Assembly: GCA_002269645.1 (NCBI GenBank)
Contig: NIVC01003153.1
Span: forward strand, 1 to 64,000
Source: Macrostomum lignano
Lineage: Eukaryota
DNA length: 64,000 nucleotides
Reading direction: 5' to 3'
In this document: positions 12,331 through 24,479 of the stretch, piece after piece
Position numbering within the stretch: position 1 is the stretch's first letter
How the letters are laid out: each line of letters begins with the position of its first letter
Notes under the pieces: model-generated
The model's input: only the letters and a program-made list of their open reading frames with translations
Databases searched by the model: none
What the model was told of the DNA's origin: nothing
Program-made: the position numbers and the translations under genes

Positions 12331-13368
12331 ATTATTAGATTACTTTATTCTTAATTCATTGCTTAGATTAGAAGCAGTAGGTGCAGCCACAGTGCCAGGA
12401 TCAGCTGTTGCTGAGATGAGAGCAGCTGCTGCAGTGGCTGGGACAGAAACAGCCGCTACAGTCACTTGGACTCTTGGAGCACTCAATTTGTTGTATAAAA
12501 TTGTTTTTTGCAAGTTGAATCTAAAATCTAACAAAGCACTATTCTCTATTTAGAAGCAAAAACATGCTAATTAAAGACAATTTAATTAGTGTTTCTATTA
12601 AATTATCATTAAAAAAATTGCTCTAGCCCTATACGACACCTGATTACTATGTATTTTATTATTGATCATTTAAGCTTTCATTAAAGTCATTTTACTTGAG
12701 TTAGAAACTATAGTTCAAGACAATTTTTGTTATTTTGAGGCAAATTTGTTTTTTATATTCTATCATTCATTTTTATTTGCTAATATGCTTAAAAGACATG
12801 GTATATATGGTGTCTGCCAATAAGAGATTAACAGAAAGTAAGTAAGCAAGTAAAAATCAGGAATGGGTTTCTACACAACAATCCTGCATTTATACATTTG
12901 CACCCAAGCATAAATTATTTCATGATTGATAATTTTTGGGACAAAAAAAACATTTGTTTGCATAACATTTCTGTAAAAGCTTACTTATAGTAGATTAGTA
13001 AGAAAAACCTATTTGAAAAACTCCAAAGTTTTTTTAACCTTTACAAAATATTTTAAAATCTTTAAAATTTTAGAATCCTACATAATGGGATCAATTTGTC
13101 AGTTGAGAAAGTTCACTGCCTATGTGATAGAACTATAGTTATTTTATAGTTAATATATTTACTCTATTTTTAGTTTCAGATTAGCATTCATTTTACATTG
13201 AAAGTAGTATTATTATAACAATTTACAGTGGTAGACATCAAATATTCAAAATCTAAGCACTTTATATTGTTGGCATTTGTTTCCCAATGCGGAGCGGTTG
13301 TTCCACCGTCTCTAGCGATCTCGCTCACTGCCCAATAAATCCTAAACAACACAAGCAACTAATAAAAC

Positions 13369-13566
13369 ATGACCCGCGGCAACCAGCGCGATCTGGCTAG
13401 GGCTAAGAATGCCAAAAAGCAGGCCGAGCAGGGCAAGAAAAAGGCCGCTAACGAGAAGAATGGCAACAGAGGCCTGACGCTGGAGGAGCGCCGTCAACGG
13501 GACGCTGAGATACTTCGACAAAAGCAGCAGAAAGCTGCTGAGAAGGCGGCCGGAGAAAATAAATGA
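13369..13566 (+). CDS. SERF2: Small EDRK-rich factor (SERF/MOAG-4/4F5 family), 65 aa, intronless
   Basis: MTRGNQRDLARAKNAKKQ...LTLEERRQRDAEILRQKQ matches the SERF family signature; AAAC-ATG context; AATAAA at 13767. Confidence 0.93.
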   Translation: MTRGNQRDLARAKNAKKQAEQGKKKAANEKNGNRGLTLEERRQRDAEILRQKQQKAAEKAAGENK

Positions 13567-13763
13567 TGGACAGGTGGCGAAGAGAAGAGGGGGAGCTGTC
13601 GATAAGACTCTTAATCCTGGACTAATATTCGTGCGCATACAGCAGTTCTCTACTTGCCCGACTGCTTTTAAGCAAGTTAATAAGTCCAAGTTTATACATG
13701 CGCAACCCCGCTGATTTACACCGGCCGTACGACTTACTTTTTGACCAAAAATGCAACTTAACT

Positions 13764-13853
13764 ATGAATAAAACAAGCAAAGTTTTTTGGGTCAACGGCG
13801 GGAGTAACTATAACTGTATTATTGAGCCTAAATGCATCGTCAGGTAATTAGTG
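13764..13853 (+). other. Degenerate 28S rRNA-like segment (LSU helices 69-71), not a functional rRNA gene
   Basis: GGGTCAACGGCGGGAGTAACTATAACTGTATTATTGAGCCTAAATGCATCGTCAGGTAATTAGTG aligns by eye at roughly 80% to the conserved eukaryotic 28S GGGTAAACGGCGGGAGTAACTATGACTCTCTTAAGGTAGCCAAATGCCTCGTCATCTAATTAGTG; weaker similarity extends about 25 nt upstream. Confidence 0.8.
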
Positions 13854-14819
13854 CCCTAACAGTTTTTCCGGTGGGCATTTTCGCGACCTACCTCGGCTGG
13901 GCCCCTTGCCAGCCGGCCGGGTGTTGCGCGTGTACGACTCCAAGTAATTGAAAACTTTGCAACAGTTTTGTTGATCGGCAAGACAGAGAATTGCATACTT
14001 AGTAATCGTATTGTATATGAGTATTAGCTGACAAATCTATAACAAATATTTTTGCTTGGTTATAAACAAGGGCAATTCGAATTTGAAAGCAAGGTTGAAC
14101 TTATTTATTCAGTCTTGCACTTTGCATGGGCCTTTCCTTTTTTAAATTCGACCGCTCCTAATAAAACAGGCAACAACACGCACTTTATATATATAACCTA
14201 CTAATAGTACTGTAGCGCGCTTCATTCTATTGTATTGTACTTATTTTTGCGTCAATTTAATCAACAAAACCCAGTTGAAACGCACCGAAAGTAAGTGCTA
14301 AATTTGCTACTCACAAGTAGGCCCCTTGGCGATGCGTGTGTACAAACACTGTTCGAGCTATCTCAGTCTCCGCTTGTTATGTTCGTTGTAGTTGCTCTGA
14401 TATAGGATTATAGGAAGGCAAACCTCGAAAGTTCAGTTAATTTTGCAGTCCACTTTTACATTTGGTTGGTTTGTTTTTTTCTAATTTCACGAGACGGTGG
14501 CTTCAAAGCGGCAACAGTGATAGGTTTTTTGTACAACTATATTAATTCATTGGCTGACGGGTTCACCTTGTCAGTCTGTTTAATTTAAATATACCTGCCC
14601 TTTTCCTTTTATTCATTCATTGTCTAATTGTCGGCTGAGAAATTATTAACTTAAACTATTTATTGCTAGCTAGAATTTTCTGCCAAGTATTATTTATTTC
14701 CTTAACGTGACTAGTGCTTAGGTTAGTGTAATAGAACAGTGGACACTCCACAGGCTGCAGTAGTCAGTGCTGCATTTGCACTATTGAGTCTGTATATGGA
14801 CGTTTTTTAAGTTCAGTAT

Positions 14820-15217
14820 TTTCCATGTTTGTCATCATTGCCGTCAGCACTTTCCATGTTGGTCATCATTGCCGTCAGCACTTTCCATGTTGGTCATCAT
14901 TGCCGTCAGCACTTTCCATTTTGGTCATCATTGCCGTCAGCACTTTCCATGTTGGTCATCATTGCCGTCAGCACTTTCCATGTTGGTCATCATTGCCGTC
15001 AGCACTTTCCATTTTGGTCATCATTGCCGTCAGCACTTTCCATGTTGGTCATCATTGCCGTCAGCACTTTCCATGTTGGTCATCATTGCCGTCAGCACTT
15101 TCCATTTTGGTCATCATTGCCGTCAGCACTTTCCATGTTGGTCATCATTGCCGTCAGCACTTTCCATGTTGGTCATCATTGCCGTCAGCACTTTCCATGT
15201 TGGTCATCATTGCCGTC
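14820..15217. repeat. 31-bp minisatellite (TTTCCATGTTGGTCATCATTGCCGTCAGCAC), about 13 copies
   Basis: Directly visible; explains the 31-aa periodic ORFs. Confidence 0.97.
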
Positions 15218-16147
15218 GGAGCAACGCAGTCACACGAAATTCAAGAACACGGGCCAAATTTTTGTTGCGAACCTTCTCAAACAAGACTCAAGTCGCCAGC
15301 CCTCCGAACCGTCGAGGTATTCAACGATTCTGCCAGAAGGTCGGATTTTCCCCATAAGCGCTAGTGTATTCAGTACACCCTTGTGCGCCAAACAGCACTG
15401 CGCCTCAGTGCAGCCTTGCCAACCAAATTTCATCAGCACGTCGAACACATGTGTCTGCATCAGCACTGCCTTCGTTGGTCACTGGCCTTCACCCAGACGG
15501 GGCTTCTGGACCTTCATCACGTGGCAGCAAAGGTGACTTTAAAGGCCCTATTGCAAATTTCTCTGATGTCGCTGACCAAGCCTCGACAGTGGGCAAGCCG
15601 CAACTGCTGGGTATCCTCAGCTAGTCTCTCCAGCATTCGGTCGTTATCCAGACGCCATTCTTGAAAATTAGTTCGTATATTTCCCCCCCCTTGGTAGTTC
15701 GACTGGCGGAAAAATGGCTTGGCATTCCTACTGTTGAGGAAGAATAGTGATCAAGTTTTATTGGATCAGTCTTCAAGCAATAATTAGTTTTTATGCTCAG
15801 GTTTCACTGCGATGCTTAGTCTGTACTGCACTGAGCTTTTCAGTGGGTTATGACTAATTGGTTTCTTGATCAAGTTTAGCAGTGAATTGACATTTATTCA
15901 TTAGGAACTGGAGTTCTCAAGTGATAAAAAAGACGGTAAACTGTCGAGTGCAGCGTCCTACTTTAGTATCAATGAAAGGGCATTGCTCAACTGTCTTGCA
16001 TTCACCCGCTTTTGAACACTCTTGCTGCTTCCATGCATTTCCATCATATAAATCATTAAACGCGCTTTGCTTGTCCAATAGTACGCTTAGCCAACCAAGC
16101 CACGCGTTCTGTTGGTTAAATAGATCGAGGCGAGAGCTGAGTAGCAA

Positions 16148-16642
16148 ATGCGCACTGCCTTGTCTGGGATATATCACGCTGTGCGCTCTCCAATCGGCAA
16201 GATCATCAATTCAGCCATCGAGCTATCTAAAGCTATGGAAGAAGGCCGCGAATGGCGCAGCAGGCGTCGCCGCCAACGCCGCTGCTGTCGGCTAGCCCTC
16301 TGGCTGGAGCTCATGGTCGGCATTATCATGACTATATTGGGCCTCTTTATCTTGTTGCTAAGCGCCGAATCGCTTCGCGAAGGCGACTATCCGGCTGTGT
16401 ACTTTTGCTCCCTGTACATCGCGCTCGGGCTGGGCCTGTTGCTGCTTTACTATGTCCACTACTACGGCTTGAAGTGCTGGTTGAAGCGTCAGGTGCAACG
16501 CCTGGACGCCAGTATTCGGTCGGACAGGGACGCTCTGGCCGCGTTGGCTCGGCGCAGTCTGCAGTTCTCCGGCATCGCCGGGCCGGTTCGGATCAATCGG
16601 AGCCCCAGCAACAGCAGCAGGCTGACGCCGAAGCAGCAGTAG
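16148..16642 (+). CDS. Orphan small membrane protein, 164 aa, two predicted TM helices
   Basis: GC-rich single ORF with GCAA-ATG start, a basic stretch (RSRRRRQRR), then two hydrophobic segments (LALWLELMVGIIMTILGLFILLL; AVYFCSLYIALGLGLLLLYYV). Confidence 0.7.
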   Translation: MRTALSGIYHAVRSPIGKIINSAIELSKAMEEGREWRSRRRRQRRCCRLALWLELMVGIIMTILGLFILLLSAESLREGDYPAVYFCSLYIALGLGLLLLYYVHYYGLKCWLKRQVQRLDASIRSDRDALAALARRSLQFSGIAGPVRINRSPSNSSRLTPKQQ

Positions 16643-17145
16643 TTGATGACTGCGCTGTCGTTTGGGAGGTCAGGCAGTCGCTTGTGTAGTTGCTAGGCTC
16701 GTATGACGACAGGATACCTGCCTTGCGTTTTAGCGAACAATTCAACAAGACCGCTCTTCGAACAGTCTGCTGACACTTCTCTATGGCGAGGAAGCAGCGC
16801 GAAAACATCTGTAAATTTAATCTGTCAAAAAACCGCACTCGATTCGAGCACTGGGCACAAGATCTATACCAGCTAGCCCTTGAAAATAAGTAGAACTAAG
16901 CTTTGCACACAGACGAAAGAAGACCATTAGCAATATAGGCTCAAATCGTGTTAATGTGTTACGCCCTTAGGCCATATCAACGTAGGTTACGCTACAGTAT
17001 ATAGGAAATTTTTGCTGTGCCCCAATATGTGTGCAGGGATGCGATGTGGCCACACAAAACTCGCTGTTTTTGAAAGCATTAAATGTAGCTCCTCTCTGCT
17101 GAAGGAGAGTTTAATTTGATTACTATTTCTGGCAGTTAAATTGCT

Positions 17146-17543
17146 GACAGTCATTTGTCACTGATTTTTCTATTGTCACTGACAGTCAATTGTCACTGAT
17201 TAGTCAATAGCACTGACAGTCAATTGTCACTGACAGTCATTTGTCACTGATTTGTCAATAGTCACTGACAGTCAATTGTCACTGATTAGTCAATAGCACT
17301 GACAGTCAATTGTCACTGACAGTCATTTGTCACTGATTTGTCAATAGTCACTGACAGTCAATTGTCACTGGCAGTCAATTGTCACTGACAGTCAATTGTC
17401 ACTGACAGTAAATTGTCACTGACAGTCAATTGTCACTGGCATTCAATTGTCACTGACAGTCAATTGTCACTGACAGTCAATTGTCACTGACAGTCAATTG
17501 TGACTGACAGTCAATTGTCACTGGCAGTCAATTGTCACTGGTC
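17146..17543. repeat. 17-bp quasi-palindromic minisatellite (TGACAGTCAATTGTCAC)
   Basis: Directly visible; contains the dyads CAATTG and TGTCA-C-TGACA. Confidence 0.95.
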
Positions 17544-17904
17544 ATTGTCTTAGTCTCGATACGCCTATTTGTTGCTTTTTTCTAAATGCTTTCTGCTCTC
17601 TGCTTAGTCCTCTCTAATTACTTATTCGTAATTTTTTCAACTAAGTTCTTGTAAAACCCTTCTCTTGTATGAGCACATTTGTTAGGTTCCTATATGCATG
17701 TAGGTCTTAACATTTGACATTGTACAGTTGTCCTTGATTATTGTGAAATAAAAATTCGATAAGCAAGGATAAGGAGGATCGCATCGCATATCCTGGATCG
17801 CGTGATCCAAATAAGGTTTAGCGTGAATCTGGGAGCGCTTCATCTCAAAAATATTTTTTTTTTTCTGCGAATCAGACATCCACTGCAAATTATTAAACAC
17901 CAGT

Positions 17905-20860
17905 CTCTTGTTAGATTCAAGGCTGTCACCTGTTAGATCCAGGCTGTCACCTGTTAGATTGGAGCTGTCACCTGTTAGATTGGAGCTGTCATCTGTTAAA
18001 TCCGAGCTGTCACCTGTTAGATTGAAGCTGTCACCTGTTAGATTGAAGCTGTCACCTGTTAGATTGATGCTGTCACCTGTTAGATTGGAGCTCTCACCTG
18101 TTAGATTGGAGCTCTCACCTGTTACATTGGAGCTGTCACCTGTTAGATTGCAGCTGTCACCTGTTAGATTGGAGCTGTCACCTGTAGATTGGAGCTGTCA
18201 CCTGTTATATTAGAGCTGTGACCTGTTAGATTGGAGCTGTCACCTGTTAGATTGGAGCTCTCACCTGTTAGATTGGAGCTGTCACCTGTTATATTGGAGC
18301 TGTCACCTGTAGATTGGAGCTGTCACCTGTTATATTGGAGCTGTCACCTGTTAGATTGCAGCTGTCACCTGTTAGATTGGAGCTCTCACCTGTTATGTTG
18401 GAGCTGTCACCTGTTATATTGGAGCTGTCACCTGTAGATTGGAGCTGTCACCTGTAGATTGGAGCTGTCACCTGTTATATTGCAGCTGTCACCTGTTAGA
18501 TTGGAGCTGTCACCTGTTAGATTGGAGCTCTCACCTGTTAGATTGGAGCTGTCACCTGTTATATTGGAGCTGTCACCTGTAGATTGGAGCTGTCACCTGT
18601 TACATTGGAGCTGTCACCTGTTAGATTGCAGCTGTCACCTGTTAGATTGGAGCTGTCACCTGTAGATTGGAGCTGTCACCTGTTATATTAGAGCTGTCAC
18701 CTGTTAGACTTAGAGCTGACCTGTTAAATTTAGATCTGTCACCTGTTAGATTGCAGCTGTCACCTGTTAGATCCAAACTGTCACCTGTTAGATCCAAACT
18801 GTCACCTGTTAGATTGGAGCTGTCACCTGTTAGATTGGAGCTGTCCCCTGTTAGATCCGAGCTGTCACCTGTTAGACTTAGAGCTGACCTGTAAATTTAG
18901 ATCTGTCACCTGTTATATTGGAGCTGTCACCTGTTATATTGGAGCTGTCCCCTGTTAGATCCGAGCTGTCACCTGTTAGACTTAGAGCTGACCTGTTAAA
19001 TTTAGATCTGTCACCTGTTAGATTGCAGCTGTCACCTGTTAGATCCAAACTGTCACCTGTTAGATTGGAGCTGTCACCTGTTAAATTGGAGCTGTCACCT
19101 GTTATATTGGAGCTGTCACCTGTAGATTGGAGCTGTCACCTGTAGATTGGAGCTGTCACCTGTTATATTGCAGCTGTCACCTGTTAGATTGGAGCTGTCA
19201 CCTGTTAGATTGGAGCTCTCACCTGTTAGATTGGAGCTCTCACCTGTTATGTTGGAGCTGTCACCTGTTATATTGGAGCTGTCACCTGTAGATTGGAGCT
19301 GTCACCTGTAGATTGGAGCTGTCACCTGTTATATTGCAGCTGTCACCTGTTAGATTGGAGCTGTGACCTGTTAGATTGGAGCTCTCACCTGTTAGATTGG
19401 AGCTGTCACCTGTTACATTGGAGCTGTCACCTGTTAGATTGCAGCTGTCACCTGTTAGATTGGAGCTGTCACCTGTAGATTGGAGCTGTCACCTGTTATA
19501 TTAGAGCTGTGACCTGTTAGATTGGAGCTGTCACCTGTTAGATTGGAGCTCTCACCTGTTAGATTGGAGCTGTCACCTGTTATATTGGAGCTGTCACCTG
19601 TAGATTGGAGCTGTCACCTGTTATATTGGAGCTGTCACCTGTTAGATTGCAGCTGTCACCTGTTAGATTGGAGCTCTCACCTGTTATGTTGGAGCTGTCA
19701 CCTGTTATATTGGAGCTGTCACCTGTAGATTGGAGCTGTCACCTGTAGATTGGAGCTGTCACCTGTTATATTGCAGCTGTCACCTGTTAGATTGGAGCTG
19801 TCACCTGTTAGATTGGAGCTCTCACCTGTTAGATTGGAGCTGTCACCTGTTAGATTGGAGCTCTCACCTGTTAGATTGGAGCTGTCACCTGTTATATTGG
19901 AGCTGTCACCTGTTAGATTGGAGCTGTCACCTGTTATATTGGAGCTGTCACCTGTTATATTGGAGCTGTCCCCTGTTAGATCCGAGCTGTCACCTGTTAG
20001 ACTTAGAGCTGACCTGTTAAATTTAGATCTGTCACCTGTTAGATTGCAGCTGTCACCTGTTAGATCCAAACTGTCACCTGTTAGATTGGAGCTGTCACCT
20101 GTTAGATTGGAGCTGTCCCCTGTTAGATCCGAGCTGTCACCTGTTAGACTTAGAGCTGACCTGTAAATTTAGATCTGTCACCTGTTATATTGGAGCTGTC
20201 ACCTGTTATATTGGAGCTGTCCCCTGTTAGATCCGAGCTGTCACCTGTTAGACTTAGAGCTGACCTGTTAAATTTAGATCTGTCACCTGTTAGATTGCAG
20301 CTGTCACCTGTTAGATCCAAACTGTCACCTGTTAGATTGGAGCTGTCATCTGTAGATTGCAGCTGTCACCTGTTAGATTGCAGCTGTCACCTGTTAGATT
20401 GCAGCTGTCACCTGTTAGATCCGAGCTGTCACCTGTTAGATCCAAGCTGTCACCTGTTAGCTCCGAGCTGTCACCTGTTAGATTGGCGCTGTCAACTGTT
20501 AGATTAGAGCTGTCACCTGTTAGATCCGAGCTGTCACCTGTTAGATCCGAGCTGTCACCTGTTAGATCCAAACTGTCACCTGTTAGATCAAACTGTCACC
20601 TGTTAGATCCAAACTGTCACCTGTTAGATCCAAACTGTCACCTGTTAGATCCGAGCTGTCACCTGTTAGATTGGAGCTGTCACCTGTTAGACTTAAAGCT
20701 GACCTGTTAAATTTAAATCTGTCACCTGTTAGATTGAAGCTGTCACCTGTTAGATCCGAGCTGTCACCTGTTAGATCTGAGCTTTCACCTGTTACACTTA
20801 GAGCTGACCTGTTACATTTAGATCTGTCACCTGTTTAGATTGGAACTGTCACCTGCTTGA
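17905..20860. repeat. 21-bp minisatellite (TTAGATTGGAGCTGTCACCTG), about 140 copies, with higher-order duplication
   Basis: Directly visible; source of all the LELSPVR-type ORFs. Confidence 0.98.
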
Positions 20861-21742
20861 CAATTTTACGCTCTACTCGAGTGCACAATACACCCCGTAG
20901 ATACGCATATTATACATTTTTGGAAAATTGTAAAGTACTCGTACAACAGTGTTAAAGTGTCCCCCATTAGTGGCTGCCTGCTAGATAGAGGTGCAAAATG
21001 CACCAGCGAAAACTCCATTCAACTAAAAGCATGGGTGAATGTTTCATTCCTCTTGGAAAACAGATCATCCACTTTTCAGTTATTAGTCAAACTAAACTCA
21101 TATCCACGTTGACATCCGGTGTAAGCCTACACAAAGAGCAGAATTAAAGTGCACAAAGTGCTAAACTGCACCTATAACCATAGCAATAGAATCAGAATCC
21201 AATTATCCAGTAACACACACCATTGGGGCAGAGCGGCTCAGTATGAGGGCTTGTATGTGCTCAAAAGTCAGTATAATTAGGCAGAGAATTGCCCCAGCGC
21301 TGGTTGTGGGACAATGTCCCCTGTAGGACAAAGATTTACTGTGTTTTAGTTAGTCCCGCACTTATTTGCCTCGGTCACGGAGCAGGAGCTTGATTGATCG
21401 GCGGCTATAAATTCAACCCAAACTGCAATAAGCTTCTCTATTTATTTCTATTCCCATGTAGGTCTCTCAAATGATCCCCGTATATTTTTTCTCATTTCTC
21501 CCTATTTCAATCGCTATGGCGCCTCGCTGAAGTGGCTGCTCAGCTTATTCGTCCACTCAGATCCAGGCTTCTGTAGACTGAATGCCCATTGCTGCCAGCC
21601 CTGCGCCTCGCTTGAGCCTCTGCTGTTTTTATGAATGACTTCCTATTGAGCTCTGGGAGCCTGCTCATTTCATCCTTCATCTCTGTTGTTTCTCCCTCTC
21701 CGTTTATTCAAAGTCAGGTCAATCCATCAGCTAACTCTCAGT

Positions 21743-22863
21743 AAGATCTATAGACACCCAAACTCTCAGTTAGATCTATAGACACCCGAACTCTCACTCA
21801 GATCTAAAGACACCTGAACTCTCACTCAGATCTATAGACACCCGAACTCTCAGATCTATAGACACCCGAACTCTCAGTTAGATCTATAGACACCCGAAAT
21901 CTCAGTCAGATCTATAAACACCTGAACTCTCAGTCAGATCTATAGACAACCGAACTCTCAGTTAGATCTATAGACATCCAGACTGTTAGATCTATAGACA
22001 CCCGACCTCTCACTCAGATCTAAAGACACCTGAACTCTCACTTATATCTATAGACACCCGAACTCTCACTCAGATCTATAGACACCCGAACTCTCAGTTA
22101 GATCTATAGACACCCGAATCGTCAGTTAGATCTATAGACACCCGAACCGACAGTTATATCTATAGGCACCCGAACCGGCAGTTAGATCTATAGACACCCG
22201 AACTCTCAGATCTATAGACACCCGAACTCTCAGTTAGATCTATAGACACCCGAAATCTCAGTCAGATCTATAAACACCTGAACTCTCAGTCAGATCTATA
22301 GACAACCGAACTCTCAGTTAGATCTATAGACATCCAGACTGTTAGATCTATAGACACCCGACCTCTCACTCAGATCTAAAGACACCTGAACTCTCACTTA
22401 TATCTATAGACACCCGAACTCTCAGTTATATCTTTAGACACCCGAACCGTCAGTTAGATCTATAGACACCCGAACTCTCAGTTAGACCTATAGACACCCT
22501 AACTCTCACTCAGATCTATAGACACCCGAACCGTCAGTTTGATCTATAGACACCCGAACTCTCTCAGATCTATAGACACCCGAACTCTCACTCAGATCTA
22601 TAGACACCCGAACCGTCAGTTTGATCTATAGACACCCGAACTCTCACTTAGATCTATAGACACCCGAACTCTCACTCAGATCTATAGACACCCGAACTCT
22701 CAGTTAGATCTATAGACATCCGAACTCTCACTCATATCTATAGACACCCGAAATTTAAATTAGATCTGTCAACACCCGAACTCTCACTCAGATCTATAGA
22801 CACCCGAACCGTCAGTTAGATCTATAAACAGCACTAAATTTCAGTCAGATCTACAGATCTATA
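21743..22863. repeat. 28-bp minisatellite (AGATCTATAGACACCCGAACTCTCAGTT)
   Basis: Directly visible; a variant block repeats with a ~356-bp offset. Confidence 0.97.
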
Positions 22864-23339
22864 GGTTTCCATGAGTTTGGCAATCTATCTGTACTTAGTT
22901 TAAAGTAAAAAAATGCACTATTGCCTAGTCCAGTGGAGCGTGAACTAACGCCATACATAGATCTATAAATATTCTTGTTTTTTCTGTTTCGAGTGCTCGC
23001 ACGAAAGTAACAAGCCGGGGCCACAAGGCTTGAAGTCTCCGTCTTAGATAGTCCAATTTAAATGAGGTTATTTGCTGTTATTACCATAAGCCCACTTGCA
23101 ACCTTAATAAACAGTTGGCGGATCGGCTGTTGCGTTCCCACTGTCTCTGCTTACTTGAGAAGGTAGGAATGGCTGTCAAGGTTTATGTATGTTTCTGTAT
23201 TAATGGTGTTTAATAGGTGCATTAATTAAACCATTCCTACTAAGTCTAGCACAGCTTATAATTGCTTCATACGCAAGTAAATACCGGTATACTCCTTATC
23301 CTTATATAAAGACCCTTGCATGAATGCGAAGTATCTACT

Positions 23340-23677
23340 GAGCATCACAATTAGCTACTGACCATCACAATTAGCTGCTGACCATCACAATCAGCTGCTG
23401 ACCGTCACAATTAGCTGCTGACCATCACAATTAGCTGCTGACCATCACAATCAGCTGCTGACCGTCACAATTAGCTGCTGACCATCACAATTAGCTGCTG
23501 ACCATCACAATTAGCTGCTGACCGTCACAATTAGCTACTGGCCATTACAATTAGCTACTGGCCATTACAATTAGCTACTGGCCATTACAATTAGCTGCTG
23601 ACCATCACAATTAGCTACTGATCATCACAATTAGCTGCTGACCATCACAATTAGCTGCTGACCATCACAATTAGCTC
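23340..23677. repeat. 20-bp minisatellite (GACCATCACAATTAGCTGCT) just upstream of the hydrolase start codon
   Basis: Directly visible. Confidence 0.96.
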
Positions 23678-23740
23678 TTATTAGTACAATTAGCTGTTAG
23701 CTGCCGATAACCGCGTATTGCAGAGCCCCATCTGGTTGCC

Positions 23741-24407
23741 ATGGAGATCCCACCCCAGCTAGCCAAGGACTGCGGCTTCGGCCCTCACCCGGTCCGCGTG
23801 CTGCCAAACATCTTCGTGGCAATGAGCGACGGAATTCGCTTAGCCGTTCGACTCTGGCTGCCCAGCAACAGCGGCGTAATTAGTGACCAGTTTCCCGGCC
23901 AAACAGTCTGGCCGGTGTACACCCCAGGCGAGGCGCCGGGCTTGTTGAAGTGCCCGGCCGTGCTGGAGTACCTGCCGTATCGCAAAGACGACATCACGGC
24001 AGTCCGCGACCACCGTCGGCACGTCTGGACAGCTTCGCACGGCATCGCCGTGGCCAGGGCCGACCTGCGCGGCTGCGGCGACTCGGACGGTCGCTGCTCG
24101 GACGAGTACTCGCCTCAGGAGCTGCTGGACGGCCGCCAGTTGATCGCCTGGCTGGCCGGCCAGTCCTGGACAAATGGCCGAATTGGGCTCTACGGCAAGA
24201 GCTGGGGCGGATTCAACGGCCTGCAGCTGGCCGAGATGGGCTGTCCGGGCCTGGCCGCAGTCGTGAGCATCTACAGCTCGGACGATCGGTTCAACAGCGA
24301 CATTCACTACACAGGCGGCTGCGTTATTGGCACCGAGGCGCTGACCTGGAGCTCCTTCATGCTGGCCATCAACTCGCTGCCCCCCAGCCCGGCAGTTCGG
24401 CCAGCCG
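23741..24407 (+). CDS. CocE/NonD (peptidase S15-like) alpha/beta hydrolase, exon 1
   Basis: MSDGIRLAVRLWLP, LEYLPYRK, DLRGCGDSDG and nucleophile motif GKSWGG. Phase-1 donor G|GTGACC at 24408; an alternative in-phase donor lies at 24417. Confidence 0.9.
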
Positions 24408-24479
24408 GTGACCCGGGTACTTGATACCCCTGCCGAGTGACCCGCTGCTCTATAGGAAAAAATTCCCCAATCCACTCAT

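Noticed and set aside
13764-13853. Functional 28S rRNA gene
   Set aside because: Under 100 nt of similarity, the H69 stem is disrupted, and there is no flanking rDNA.
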